NCBI GenBank assembly: GCA_001822075.1
Contig: MHPK01000007.1
Coordinates: 5,975-69,974, forward strand
Length of the DNA: 64,000 nt
Reading direction: 5' to 3'
Source of the DNA: Candidatus Staskawiczbacteria bacterium RIFOXYB1_FULL_38_37
GTDB taxonomy: Bacteria; Patescibacteriota; Minisyncoccia; Minisyncoccales; Staskawiczbacteraceae
The stretch's first letter is position 1, and each line of letters starts with the position of its first letter. Of the stretch, positions 17,691-25,478 are shown piece by piece. The notes below the pieces were generated by a model that saw only the letters and a program-made list of their open reading frames with translations, did no database searches and was not told the origin of the DNA. The translations under genes and the position numbers were made by a program.

Positions 17691-20174
17691 ATGTCTTTAA
17701 TCATTTTTGGTTTTATATTAGTTTTTTTGCTTTTGATACTTGCTTTTGCGATTGTCTTGAGCGCGGAAACAAATGAAAAAAACTCTATTTTCGGCGGTTT
17801 AGAGCAGACTTTGTTTTTGGTTACGATGCCCAAAAACCCGACTAAAAAGGAGGGAGACCAGCAAAAGGAAGAAAAAATGATAATATCTCAAATGGAGCAA
17901 GTTTTGGCTAATTTTTTATATTTAAAAAAGCGCCGGCTTTTCCAACCCCCCCCATCTGTTGCTCTTGAAATAGCTTCTCAAATAGGCGGGTCTGATATTT
18001 CCTTTTACGTGGCGCTCCCAAGATATTTGGAATCTGTTTTTGAAAAATATGTGCAAGGCGTTTACCCTTCGGCCATAGTAGACAAAGTTCCAGAAGATTA
18101 TACTATTTTTGAACCGCAGGGAGCCACAGCTGCAGCCTATATGCGGCTTGCGGAAAACTCTTTGTTTCCCATAAGCACATATCAGGTTTTAGAAAAAGAC
18201 CCGTTGGCTTCACTCAGCAATAATTTAAGCAAAATAAAACCCAATGAAGGCGGAGCTGTGCAAATAATAATAAGGCCCGTTCCGCGCTTAAATCTTAGGA
18301 AAAAAGGGGAAAAGGCGTTAAAAAAAATAAGGCAGGGAAAGCCCGTAAGAACAGCGGCTGACCAGGCATTCCACGGAATTTTTTTGGAGGTTCTTGATGA
18401 AATTTTAAATCCTCCAAAGCCCAAAGAAAAACAGCAGACAAACCCTAATTTAGACCAGCAAGGCAGGCCAAAAGAGCAAGGATACGACCAAAAAGGATAC
18501 GAAGAAATACAAAAGAAAATCCAAAAACAGCCCTTTGAAACAAACATAAGAGTAATAGCCTCGGCAAAATCTCGGGAAAGGGCAGAGGAGATATTAGAAC
18601 ATTTAACGTCTTCTTTCAGCCAGTTTTCAATGTCAGCTATAAACAGCTTAGAGCCTAAAAAATTAAGCAAAAGAGGGCTAAAGAAGCTTATTTTTGATTT
18701 TAGCTTCCGCAATTTTAACGAAAAGCAGACTTGTATTTTAAATTTAGAAGAACTGGCTTCAATTTATCATTTTCCGAGCCATTTTATTGAAACTCCTTAT
18801 ATTAAGGCTTCAAGGTCCGGGGTTGCAGCGCCCCCTTCAGACTTGCCGGATGCGGGAGTAAATTTAATCGGCCAAGTTTTATTTCGCGGAGAAAACAAAA
18901 AAGTCTATTTTGCCACGGCAGAAGACAGGAGAAGGCATTTTTATATAATAGGGCAGACCGGCGTTGGAAAATCAACTTTTATCGAGGGCATGATTGCGCA
19001 GGATATTAAAAACGGACACGGAGTGGCTGTGGTTGATCCGCACGGAGAACTGGTTGAGCATGTTTTAGCCAACATTCCAAAAGAAAGGGCAGAAGATGTT
19101 GTTTTGTTTGAGCCTTTTGACATGGAACGTCCATGCGGGCTGAATATGTTAGAATATGACACCCCAGAGCAAAAAGATTTTGCAGTTCAGGAAATGATTG
19201 CAATTTTTTACAAATTGTTTCCGCCGGAAATTATAGGCCCTATGTTTGAACATTATATGAGAAACGCAATGCTGGCTTTAATGGCAGACAAGGATAACCC
19301 CGGAACTTTGGTTGAAATTCCAAAAATGTTCACAGACCCCACTTTTTTGCAAAAAAGAATGGCAAAGGTTTCAGACCCTGTGGTAAGAAATTTTTGGCTT
19401 AAAGAATGGACAGCCACAACAGGGTCAACAAGGTCTGATATGTTGGGATACGTTGTTTCAAAAGTGGGCAGATTTATTGAAAACGAAATGATGCGGAACA
19501 TAATAGGCCAGTCAAAGTCGGGTTTTGATTTGTCAAAAATAATGGACGAGAAAAAAATATTTTTAGCCAATTTATCAAAAGGCCTGACAGGCGAAGTAAA
19601 CAGCTCATTGCTGGGGTTAATTTTAGTTTCAAAAATACAAATGGCTGCAATGCGCAGAGCGCGCGTGCCGGAAGAACAAAGAACAGACTTTTATTTATAT
19701 ATTGACGAATTCCAAAATTTTACAACAGACTCCATTGCCACAATTTTGTCTGAAGCAAGAAAATATAAATTAAATTTAATAATGGCACACCAATATATGC
19801 CCCAGCTAAAGCAGGAGATAAGAGACGCTGTTTTAGGAAACGTTGGCACAATAGGAACATTCCGCATTGGAGCCGAAGACGCAGAAAATTTAGAAAAGCA
19901 GTTTGAGCCAGGATTTTCAAGATTTGATTTAGTGAATTTAGACAACTTCACAATGATAATAAAAATGATGATTAGCAACAAAATTTCAACTCCGTTTAAA
20001 ATGCAGACTCTGCCAAGCCCCAAAGGCAGGCCCGAGATAATTGAACCGATTAAAAAAATAGCAAAAATAAAATATGGAAAGCCAAAGCAAATTGTGGAGC
20101 AGGAAATAATGCAGAGATCATTTGTTGAAATTCCGCCTTCGGTTTCTCCGCCACCTCCGCCAGCCCTAAATTAA
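17691..20174 (+). CDS. VirD4/TraD/TrwB-like (FtsK-HerA superfamily) P-loop ATPase with N-terminal TM
   Basis: 827 aa with Walker A IIGQTGVGKST and Walker B LYIDEFQNF, an N-terminal hydrophobic helix and a Pro-rich tail. Confidence 0.7.
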   Translation: MSLIIFGFILVFLLLILAFAIVLSAETNEKNSIFGGLEQTLFLVTMPKNPTKKEGDQQKEEKMIISQMEQVLANFLYLKKRRLFQPPPSVALEIASQIGGSDISFYVALPRYLESVFEKYVQGVYPSAIVDKVPEDYTIFEPQGATAAAYMRLAENSLFPISTYQVLEKDPLASLSNNLSKIKPNEGGAVQIIIRPVPRLNLRKKGEKALKKIRQGKPVRTAADQAFHGIFLEVLDEILNPPKPKEKQQTNPNLDQQGRPKEQGYDQKGYEEIQKKIQKQPFETNIRVIASAKSRERAEEILEHLTSSFSQFSMSAINSLEPKKLSKRGLKKLIFDFSFRNFNEKQTCILNLEELASIYHFPSHFIETPYIKASRSGVAAPPSDLPDAGVNLIGQVLFRGENKKVYFATAEDRRRHFYIIGQTGVGKSTFIEGMIAQDIKNGHGVAVVDPHGELVEHVLANIPKERAEDVVLFEPFDMERPCGLNMLEYDTPEQKDFAVQEMIAIFYKLFPPEIIGPMFEHYMRNAMLALMADKDNPGTLVEIPKMFTDPTFLQKRMAKVSDPVVRNFWLKEWTATTGSTRSDMLGYVVSKVGRFIENEMMRNIIGQSKSGFDLSKIMDEKKIFLANLSKGLTGEVNSSLLGLILVSKIQMAAMRRARVPEEQRTDFYLYIDEFQNFTTDSIATILSEARKYKLNLIMAHQYMPQLKQEIRDAVLGNVGTIGTFRIGAEDAENLEKQFEPGFSRFDLVNLDNFTMIIKMMISNKISTPFKMQTLPSPKGRPEIIEPIKKIAKIKYGKPKQIVEQEIMQRSFVEIPPSVSPPPPPALN

Positions 20175-20731
20175 ACTCGTTTTACGTATTGGCCGGTTTC
20201 GGTGTTAACTTCAATTATGTCGCCCTGTTCAATAAACAGAGGAACTTGAATTATGGCTCCAGATTCTAAAACAGCTTCTTTTGTTCCGCCCTGCGCCCTG
20301 TCGCCTTTAACTCCGGGAGCTGATTCTTTAACTTTTAGTTGCACTTTAATAGGCAAAACAAAATTGATAATTTTTTCTTCAAAAACAATGCCTGTTACAA
20401 TTTCATTTGGCTTTAAATACTTTGCCTGTATTCCGATTTGAGCTTCTGTAAATGAAAATCTTTTTGACGGATTGTTCGGTTCTGAAAAAAAATATTCTCC
20501 GCGGTTTTGGTAAATAAATTTAATTTCTCTTTTTTCTAAATCAGCTTCCTGGAAAACATCTCCCTGCTGGAAGTTTCTTTCCAGCACTCTGCCGTCAAGC
20601 AAATTTTTAATTTTGCTTTGTATAACAGGCCTTCTTTGGGCCATTTTTGAAAGCTGGGCTTCCAGCACTTCCCATGGCTGTCCGTCTAAAATAAATTGTA
20701 CGCCCTTTTTTAAATCTGTATGTGTAAGCAT
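20171..20731 (-). CDS. efp: elongation factor P
   Basis: 186 aa with a three-domain EF-P pattern (DLKKGVQFILDGQPWEV ..., C-terminal OB domains). Confidence 0.9.
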   Translation of the reverse strand: MLTHTDLKKGVQFILDGQPWEVLEAQLSKMAQRRPVIQSKIKNLLDGRVLERNFQQGDVFQEADLEKREIKFIYQNRGEYFFSEPNNPSKRFSFTEAQIGIQAKYLKPNEIVTGIVFEEKIINFVLPIKVQLKVKESAPGVKGDRAQGGTKEAVLESGAIIQVPLFIEQGDIIEVNTETGQYVKRV

Positions 20732-20789
20732 GCGTCGAAATTTTTAAATATCTAAATTAAGATTTTTAAACATTTTATCATTTAAGATT

Positions 20790-20826
20790 GATTTAAAATT
20801 TATAATTTAAAATTAAAAATTAATTG
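20790..20826. repeat. 7-bp-periodic A/T-rich array upstream of efp
   Basis: gatttaa aatttat aatttaa aattaaa aattaat. Confidence 0.6.
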
Positions 20827-20828
20827 TA

Positions 20829-21500
20829 TCATTCTATTGTTCTCCACTCTATTGTGTTTTCTTTGTCTGCAAACTCCAGCCACTCGCCAAATTTTGAAAT
20901 AACGAACCATTTTTTCTTTGTTTCAGACCAAATCATTGGGTCTCCTTTATAAAATGGTTTTTTAACTATTTCTTTTGGTTTTAACCTGTCTAATTCCAGC
21001 CATTTTTTAAAAACAGTTTCAATGGCATAATCCAATTTTCTTGAGTTTGCCCAGCTGGCAACCTTGTCAATTGCTTGTTTTGCTTTTTCAACAGAACCCG
21101 CCAAATCCAGCAATTGTTTTGCCGGCTTTGTAAATCGAGAATATACTATATTCCTCTTTTTAGCATTTTCTTTTAATTCTTGCAAGGATAAGCCCTTAGA
21201 CTGGAAAAAGTGGGTGATTACCTGCCTTATTGCAGTTTCCTCTTCTAATTCATCAAATTCTTTTACTTTTTTATGTTTTATATACTCCTCAATTTTTTTC
21301 GTATTTTTCTCGCCAATGCCAAGTTCTCTTATTCCTTTAGCCCCTTTTTCTTTGTAAATTTCGCTTACATCAATTTTTAAATTATCTAAAATATTTATGG
21401 CGATTTTGTATGCTTTTAATTTATAGCCCAAAGCTTTATCGCCCTTTATTTCTAAAAGCTGTATTATCTCCTTAAAAATTTTAGATATTTCTTTATTCAT
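20829..21500 (-). CDS. hypothetical protein with N-terminal helix-hairpin-helix (Pol X N-terminal-like) region
   Basis: 223 aa. The N-terminus IFKEIIQLLEIKGDKALGYKLKAYKIAINIL ... GIGEKNTKKIEEYI resembles Pol-beta-type HhH modules. The C-terminal half is unassigned. Confidence 0.5.
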   Translation of the reverse strand: MNKEISKIFKEIIQLLEIKGDKALGYKLKAYKIAINILDNLKIDVSEIYKEKGAKGIRELGIGEKNTKKIEEYIKHKKVKEFDELEEETAIRQVITHFFQSKGLSLQELKENAKKRNIVYSRFTKPAKQLLDLAGSVEKAKQAIDKVASWANSRKLDYAIETVFKKWLELDRLKPKEIVKKPFYKGDPMIWSETKKKWFVISKFGEWLEFADKENTIEWRTIE

Positions 21501-21523
21501 ATCTTTAGTTTATCTTACCATTT

Positions 21524-21544
21524 TTTTTACAACAAAAAAGCCCG
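21524..21544. repeat. 21-nt direct repeat copy A (tttttacaacaaaaaagcccg)
   Basis: Identical to 22381-22401. On the minus strand it forms the T-run and 3' stem of a terminator-like hairpin. Confidence 0.85.
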
Positions 21545-21573
21545 TCTCCTAATCGCCTCAACGCGTCGAGACG
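21534..21573 (-). terminator. orphan terminator-like hairpin (cgtctc...gagacg plus T-run) directly upstream of gene 20829-21500
   Basis: Minus strand reads cgtctcgacgcgttgaggcgattaggagacgggctttttt. No minus-strand CDS lies upstream of it. Confidence 0.45.
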
Positions 21574-21640
21574 TTTGTTAAAATCCACTTAATAAGTTAT
21601 TTTGAAGCAAAATTTTTAGGGCATCGGGACATCGGCATTA

Positions 21641-21678
21641 TACGACGGCTTTTTGCCGAACGGCAAAAAGCCGTCGTA
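21641..21678. repeat. 38-nt perfect palindrome (copy A)
   Basis: tacgacggctttttgccg aa cggcaaaaagccgtcgta. Its 34-nt core is identical to 22286-22319. Confidence 0.9.
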
Positions 21679-21732
21679 ATCGATTCATTTTTATGTTATA
21701 ATCAGTTTAGGGGAATAAAAATAATAAAACTT

Positions 21733-22257
21733 ATGAGTGCAGTTACCGCAAAAATAATGATGGAATTGTGGTTTGGGAAGGGCTATGATAATCCTAAATT
21801 TACCATTGAGGATGTTTTCGATTTATTTAAAAAAGAGGAGCAGGGAAGTGTCAAAAGAGCAATAAGAGATTTAACCAATAATCAATTTATAAAACAAAAA
21901 GAAGATTATAACGGATCGGTTTTGGTCTCTTTATCTGAAAAAGGAAAATTAAGGGCGCTGAATTTTGTTTTTAGAAAATTTGGGGAAAGACGGGAAAAGT
22001 GGGATGAAAAATGGCGGATGATATCGTTTGATATCCCGGATTATTGCACAAAAGGCAGAAAGGCACTGGTGTATCGCCTAAAATCAGGAGGATTTTATGA
22101 GCTGCAAAAAAGTTTATTTTTATATCCGTATGATTGTAAGAAAGAAGTAAAAACGCTTATCGCTTTGTTTAAAATCGAAAAGTATGTTAGGTTTGGTCTG
22201 CTGGAATTTATAGATAATCAAGATATTTTGATTAGGCATTTTAAACTCGCTAAATAA
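21733..22257 (+). CDS. PaaX-like transcriptional regulator family protein (tentative)
   Basis: 174 aa with an N-terminal wHTH-like part and a C-terminal W-R-M-I-S-F-D-I-P ... RKALVYRLKSGGFYELQKSLFLYP pattern typical of PaaX-type proteins. Confidence 0.55.
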   Translation: MSAVTAKIMMELWFGKGYDNPKFTIEDVFDLFKKEEQGSVKRAIRDLTNNQFIKQKEDYNGSVLVSLSEKGKLRALNFVFRKFGERREKWDEKWRMISFDIPDYCTKGRKALVYRLKSGGFYELQKSLFLYPYDCKKEVKTLIALFKIEKYVRFGLLEFIDNQDILIRHFKLAK

Positions 22258-22285
22258 GATAAAAAAGAAGGATAAAAAAAGAAAA

Positions 22286-22319
22286 ACGGCTTTTTGCCGA
22301 ACGGCAAAAAGCCGTCGTA
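22286..22319. repeat. 34-nt palindrome (copy B)
   Basis: acggctttttgccgaacggcaaaaagccgtcgta, identical to 21645-21678. Confidence 0.9.
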
Positions 22320-22380
22320 TCAATACAAGTTATCTAAATAAGTTATCTAAATAAGCCGCAGATTTTTTGTATCTAATTCT

Positions 22381-22401
22381 TTTTTACAACAAAAAAGCCC
22401 G
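22381..22401. repeat. 21-nt direct repeat copy B
   Basis: tttttacaacaaaaaagcccg, identical to 21524-21544. Confidence 0.85.
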
Positions 22402-22429
22402 AAACGTGCACTATGTGCGACGCTCGGGC
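22386..22429 (-). terminator. terminator of gene 22476-22811
   Basis: Minus strand has gcccga...tcgggc followed by ttttttgttg. Confidence 0.65.
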
Positions 22430-22475
22430 ATCTTGAATGTGAAGCGCGACTTGTTAGCCGTAGGCTTGCTGGCTT

Positions 22476-22811
22476 TCAATAAGCCGCCGCAATAAGCCGC
22501 CGTTCCAATCTTGTGATTCGGTCTGTGAGCCCGAGGATAATCTCTGGCAGGCAGTCTGTGATTTCTGTGGAAACCGGCTGGCGAGCGTCAAGCTGGGCGA
22601 TAGGAACTAAGTCCTTTGCCAAAACGCCAACTGTCTCGTATTGGAGGCTGTGAGGATAGATCAGCTTCACCTTGAAGCTTCGTTCCTCGGGATTGAACGG
22701 CGGACCGAACGATTTTTCATCGTCGATTTTTTGCTCTAAAAGCACCTTGCCCAGGGCGCTAATCATCCCTTGGATTTTCAGCGCGACAAGCGCTCCCTGT
22801 TTAATCTCCAT
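22476..22811 (-). CDS. hypothetical protein, 111 aa, GC-rich compositional outlier
   Basis: I moved the start to the ATG at 22811, which is preceded by aaaggagg. The product begins MEIKQGALVALKIQ.... About half G+C in an AT-rich background, and I recognise no family. Confidence 0.45.
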   Translation of the reverse strand: MEIKQGALVALKIQGMISALGKVLLEQKIDDEKSFGPPFNPEERSFKVKLIYPHSLQYETVGVLAKDLVPIAQLDARQPVSTEITDCLPEIILGLTDRITRLERRLIAAAY

Positions 22812-22863
22812 GGCAATCCTCCTTTTGATAGGGACTGGAGATTTGATTTGGGTACAATATTTA

Positions 22864-22892
22864 AGTATATCATATTTGAACCTGTATGTCAA
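22864..22892 (-). promoter_or_regulatory. promoter TTGACA-17-TATACT for gene 22476-22811
   Basis: On the plus strand, tgtcaa at 22887-22892 and agtata at 22864-22869. Confidence 0.55.
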
Positions 22893-22937
22893 TAGTGAAA
22901 ATAATGGAAAAATCAGGTATAGTATAATTGAATTATT

Positions 22938-23504
22938 ATGCAAAAAAGACATAGAATTTTTATAGCAATAAACCTGCCCGAGGATATAAAAAGGGGATTG
23001 TCAGAATACCAGGAAAAATGGCCTGAGCTACCGGCAAAATGGACTGCAAAGGATAATTTACACATTACCCTGGAGTTTTTGGGTGATTTAACCGATGAAG
23101 AGCTGGGAAATGTGTGCAAGGCGGTAGGCAAGGTGACTTTAAGACATAAAATTTTTTCTGTAAATTTAAATAAAATTTTATACGGGCCTCCCAAAAAAAT
23201 GCCTCCTTGCATGGTTTGGGCAGAAGGCGAGAAATCAGACGACTTAACTGACTTGCGAGAAGATATTCAGGAATGCTTGTTACAGGAAATAAGGTATAGG
23301 CCAGAAGGGAGAGGTTTTACGCCCCACATTACTTTAGCCCGCATCAGAGAATGGGAATTTAGAAAAATTGAACCGGAAGAAAGGCCGGAAATTGAAGAAA
23401 ATATTGATTTAACTTTTACAGTAGAATCAATTGATGTTATGGAGTCAGAATTAAAACGCGGAGGTCCTGTTTATTCAATAATTGAATCACATAATTTAGC
23501 ATAA
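22938..23504 (+). CDS. thpR: RNA 2',3'-cyclic phosphodiesterase (ThpR/LigT, 2H family)
   Basis: 188 aa with two HxTx motifs (HITLEF and HITLAR). Confidence 0.85.
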   Translation: MQKRHRIFIAINLPEDIKRGLSEYQEKWPELPAKWTAKDNLHITLEFLGDLTDEELGNVCKAVGKVTLRHKIFSVNLNKILYGPPKKMPPCMVWAEGEKSDDLTDLREDIQECLLQEIRYRPEGRGFTPHITLARIREWEFRKIEPEERPEIEENIDLTFTVESIDVMESELKRGGPVYSIIESHNLA

Positions 23505-23506
23505 TC

Positions 23507-24850
23507 ATGAAAATACATTTTATAGGAATAGGCGGAATAGGGGTATCGGCTTTAGCTCAGTATTATTTATCAAAAGGCAGCGAAGTTTCGGGGTCTGATT
23601 TGACGCGCTCGGAAATCACAGATTTTTTAAAAAAAATGGGCGCTAAAATTTATATTGGAAACTTTGCAAAAAACATACAAAAAGATTTTGATTTGGTTAT
23701 TTACACCCCGGCTGCCAAAAAAAATAACCCAGAGCTGAAAAAAGCAAAAAGTTATAAAATAAAAACTTTAAGCTATCCCGAAGCTTTGGGCGAGCTAACA
23801 AAAAAATATTTTACAATAGCTGTTTCAGGCACCCATGGAAAAAGCACAACTGCTTCAATGATAGGTTTGGCTCTTGAAAAAGCAGGCCTTGACCCCACAA
23901 TTATTGTGGGGTCAAGGCTAAAAGAATTTGGCAATAGCAATTTTAGGGCAGGTAAGTCAAAAACTTTAGTAATAGAAGCTGACGAGCATTTTGCGTCATT
24001 TTTGAATTATTGGCCAAAAATTATTGTTCTCACAAATATTGAAAGAGACCACCTTGATTATTATAAAAATTTAAAAAATATCTTGTCAGCTTTTAAAAAA
24101 TATATAAAACATTTAGAAAAAGACGGGTTTTTGGTTGCAAACAAAGACGACAAAAATATAACAAAAATAATTTATGAATTTGAAAATTTAGGCCGAGAAA
24201 TTACAAAAGACGAATTTGCCTCAGCTGGCCATCCTGCAGTAAATAAGTTTTCTGTAAACGGATCTGAAGCTAAAAAAATCAAAAAATTGCTCAAAGTGCC
24301 GGGTCAGCACAATGTTTATAACGCGCTGGCAGTTTTGGCTGTTGCTAGAATTTTACGGATACCAGATGATATTACTTTTAAATCTTTGTCTGAATTTAAA
24401 GGCACATGGCGCAGATTTGAAATTAAAAAAGCAAAGGCTTATGGAAAGCAAATAACAATTATTTCTGATTACGGACACCATCCCACAGAAGTGCTGGCAA
24501 CTTTAAAAGCTGTGAGGGAAAAATATGCTAAAAAAAATATCTGGTGTATTTTTCAGCCGCATCAGCGCCAAAGAACATATTATTTGTTTGATGAGTTTGT
24601 AAGAGCTTTTAAAGAAGCTCCAACTAATAAGATTATAATAACTGATATTTATGATGTAGCTGGCAGAGAAACAAAAAAGATTAAGGCTGGGGTAAGTTCA
24701 AAAAAACTTGTCAAAAAAATTGAAAAAGACAATGTGCAGTATTTCGCGTTAGATAAGGCAGAAAAATATATAAAAGAAAACATAAAAGCAGGCGACATAT
24801 TAGTTATAATGGGAGCAGGAGACATTTATAAACTCGCAGATAAGTTTTAA
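23507..24850 (+). CDS. murC: UDP-N-acetylmuramate--L-alanine ligase
   Basis: 447 aa with GIGGIGVSALA and GTHGKSTT; Mur ligase architecture. Confidence 0.9.
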   Translation: MKIHFIGIGGIGVSALAQYYLSKGSEVSGSDLTRSEITDFLKKMGAKIYIGNFAKNIQKDFDLVIYTPAAKKNNPELKKAKSYKIKTLSYPEALGELTKKYFTIAVSGTHGKSTTASMIGLALEKAGLDPTIIVGSRLKEFGNSNFRAGKSKTLVIEADEHFASFLNYWPKIIVLTNIERDHLDYYKNLKNILSAFKKYIKHLEKDGFLVANKDDKNITKIIYEFENLGREITKDEFASAGHPAVNKFSVNGSEAKKIKKLLKVPGQHNVYNALAVLAVARILRIPDDITFKSLSEFKGTWRRFEIKKAKAYGKQITIISDYGHHPTEVLATLKAVREKYAKKNIWCIFQPHQRQRTYYLFDEFVRAFKEAPTNKIIITDIYDVAGRETKKIKAGVSSKKLVKKIEKDNVQYFALDKAEKYIKENIKAGDILVIMGAGDIYKLADKF

Positions 24851-24863
24851 ATAAAAAAAATAG

Positions 24864-24893
24864 CCCCGCGTTGCACTTGCAACGCGGGGTTTT
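24864..24893. terminator. bidirectional terminator (ccccgcgttgca/tgcaacgcgggg)
   Basis: Perfect 12-bp arms flanked by an A-run and a T-run, between the convergent murC and ORF 24917. Confidence 0.8.
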
Positions 24894-24916
24894 GGTTTGC
24901 GGAGGTCAGATAAATA

Positions 24917-25225
24917 TCAAAGGGTGGCGGGTGTTGTGTTGCGCGGTTTTCTCATGGCTGCCATGCGCCTTCTTCTGTCCCTGACAGCAAACAACATGAG
25001 CCTTCTCATGATTTTTGTGTCAGTCACCGATTCCTCGAGCAGCGGGTATTGATAAAGGAACATCTGTCTGAAATCCTCAACATCGTCATTGTCGAGGAAC
25101 TGCGGATCGGGGCTTCTGTTCCTCAAAAAAGACTGAGGACACGCTTCCAGCTCGCTAAAGCTGACTGCATTGGGTTTGCCATCGCCATTCCGCCCTCTTT
25201 TGTTTTTGCTGTTAGAATGTCTCAT
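24917..25225 (-). CDS. hypothetical basic protein, 102 aa, GC-rich outlier (coding status uncertain)
   Basis: ORF with a weak aaagga RBS and an Arg-rich tail RDRRRRMAAMRKPR. It has a strong promoter and a structured leader of about 130 nt. Confidence 0.35.
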   Translation of the reverse strand: MRHSNSKNKRGRNGDGKPNAVSFSELEACPQSFLRNRSPDPQFLDNDDVEDFRQMFLYQYPLLEESVTDTKIMRRLMLFAVRDRRRRMAAMRKPRNTTPATL

Positions 25226-25369
25226 TGGACATATCCTTTCCGTGTCCGTGTACCGTTTCAGGGAAACTACAACGAATGCCTCCTCTATTCGGTTCTGCTT
25301 TTAACCTCCCTCCGTAAGCAGATTGTAAAAGGTCAATTGTTTTTCTGCGCATCGCAGAAGAATATAATT

Positions 25370-25397
25370 ATTATACCACCTCAAGAAATAAGGTCAA
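25370..25397 (-). promoter_or_regulatory. promoter TTGACC-16-TGgTATAAT (extended -10)
   Basis: Minus strand reads agttgaccttatttcttgaggtggtataataatt. Confidence 0.6.
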
Positions 25398-25478
25398 CTC
25401 CCTGAGACAAAATTTCTACACTTTTCTTTATTTTAATAATTTGATATAGTTAAACAATAATTTAACTAATAAAAAACT

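Noticed and set aside
20130-20165. Degenerate copy of the GC-rich repeat at the VirD4-like C-terminus (ccgccttcgg...ctccgccacctccgcc, peptide PPSVSPPPPPALN)
   Set aside because: It shares only short ctccgcc/cttcgg words with the repeat family and has no palindrome. It could simply be a Pro-rich tail.
25410-25478. T-box leader upstream of tyrS
   Set aside because: Only about 70 nt are available, with no specifier or T-box sequence (AANNNGGGTGGTACCGCG-like). The region is occupied by the divergent promoter of the GC-rich island.
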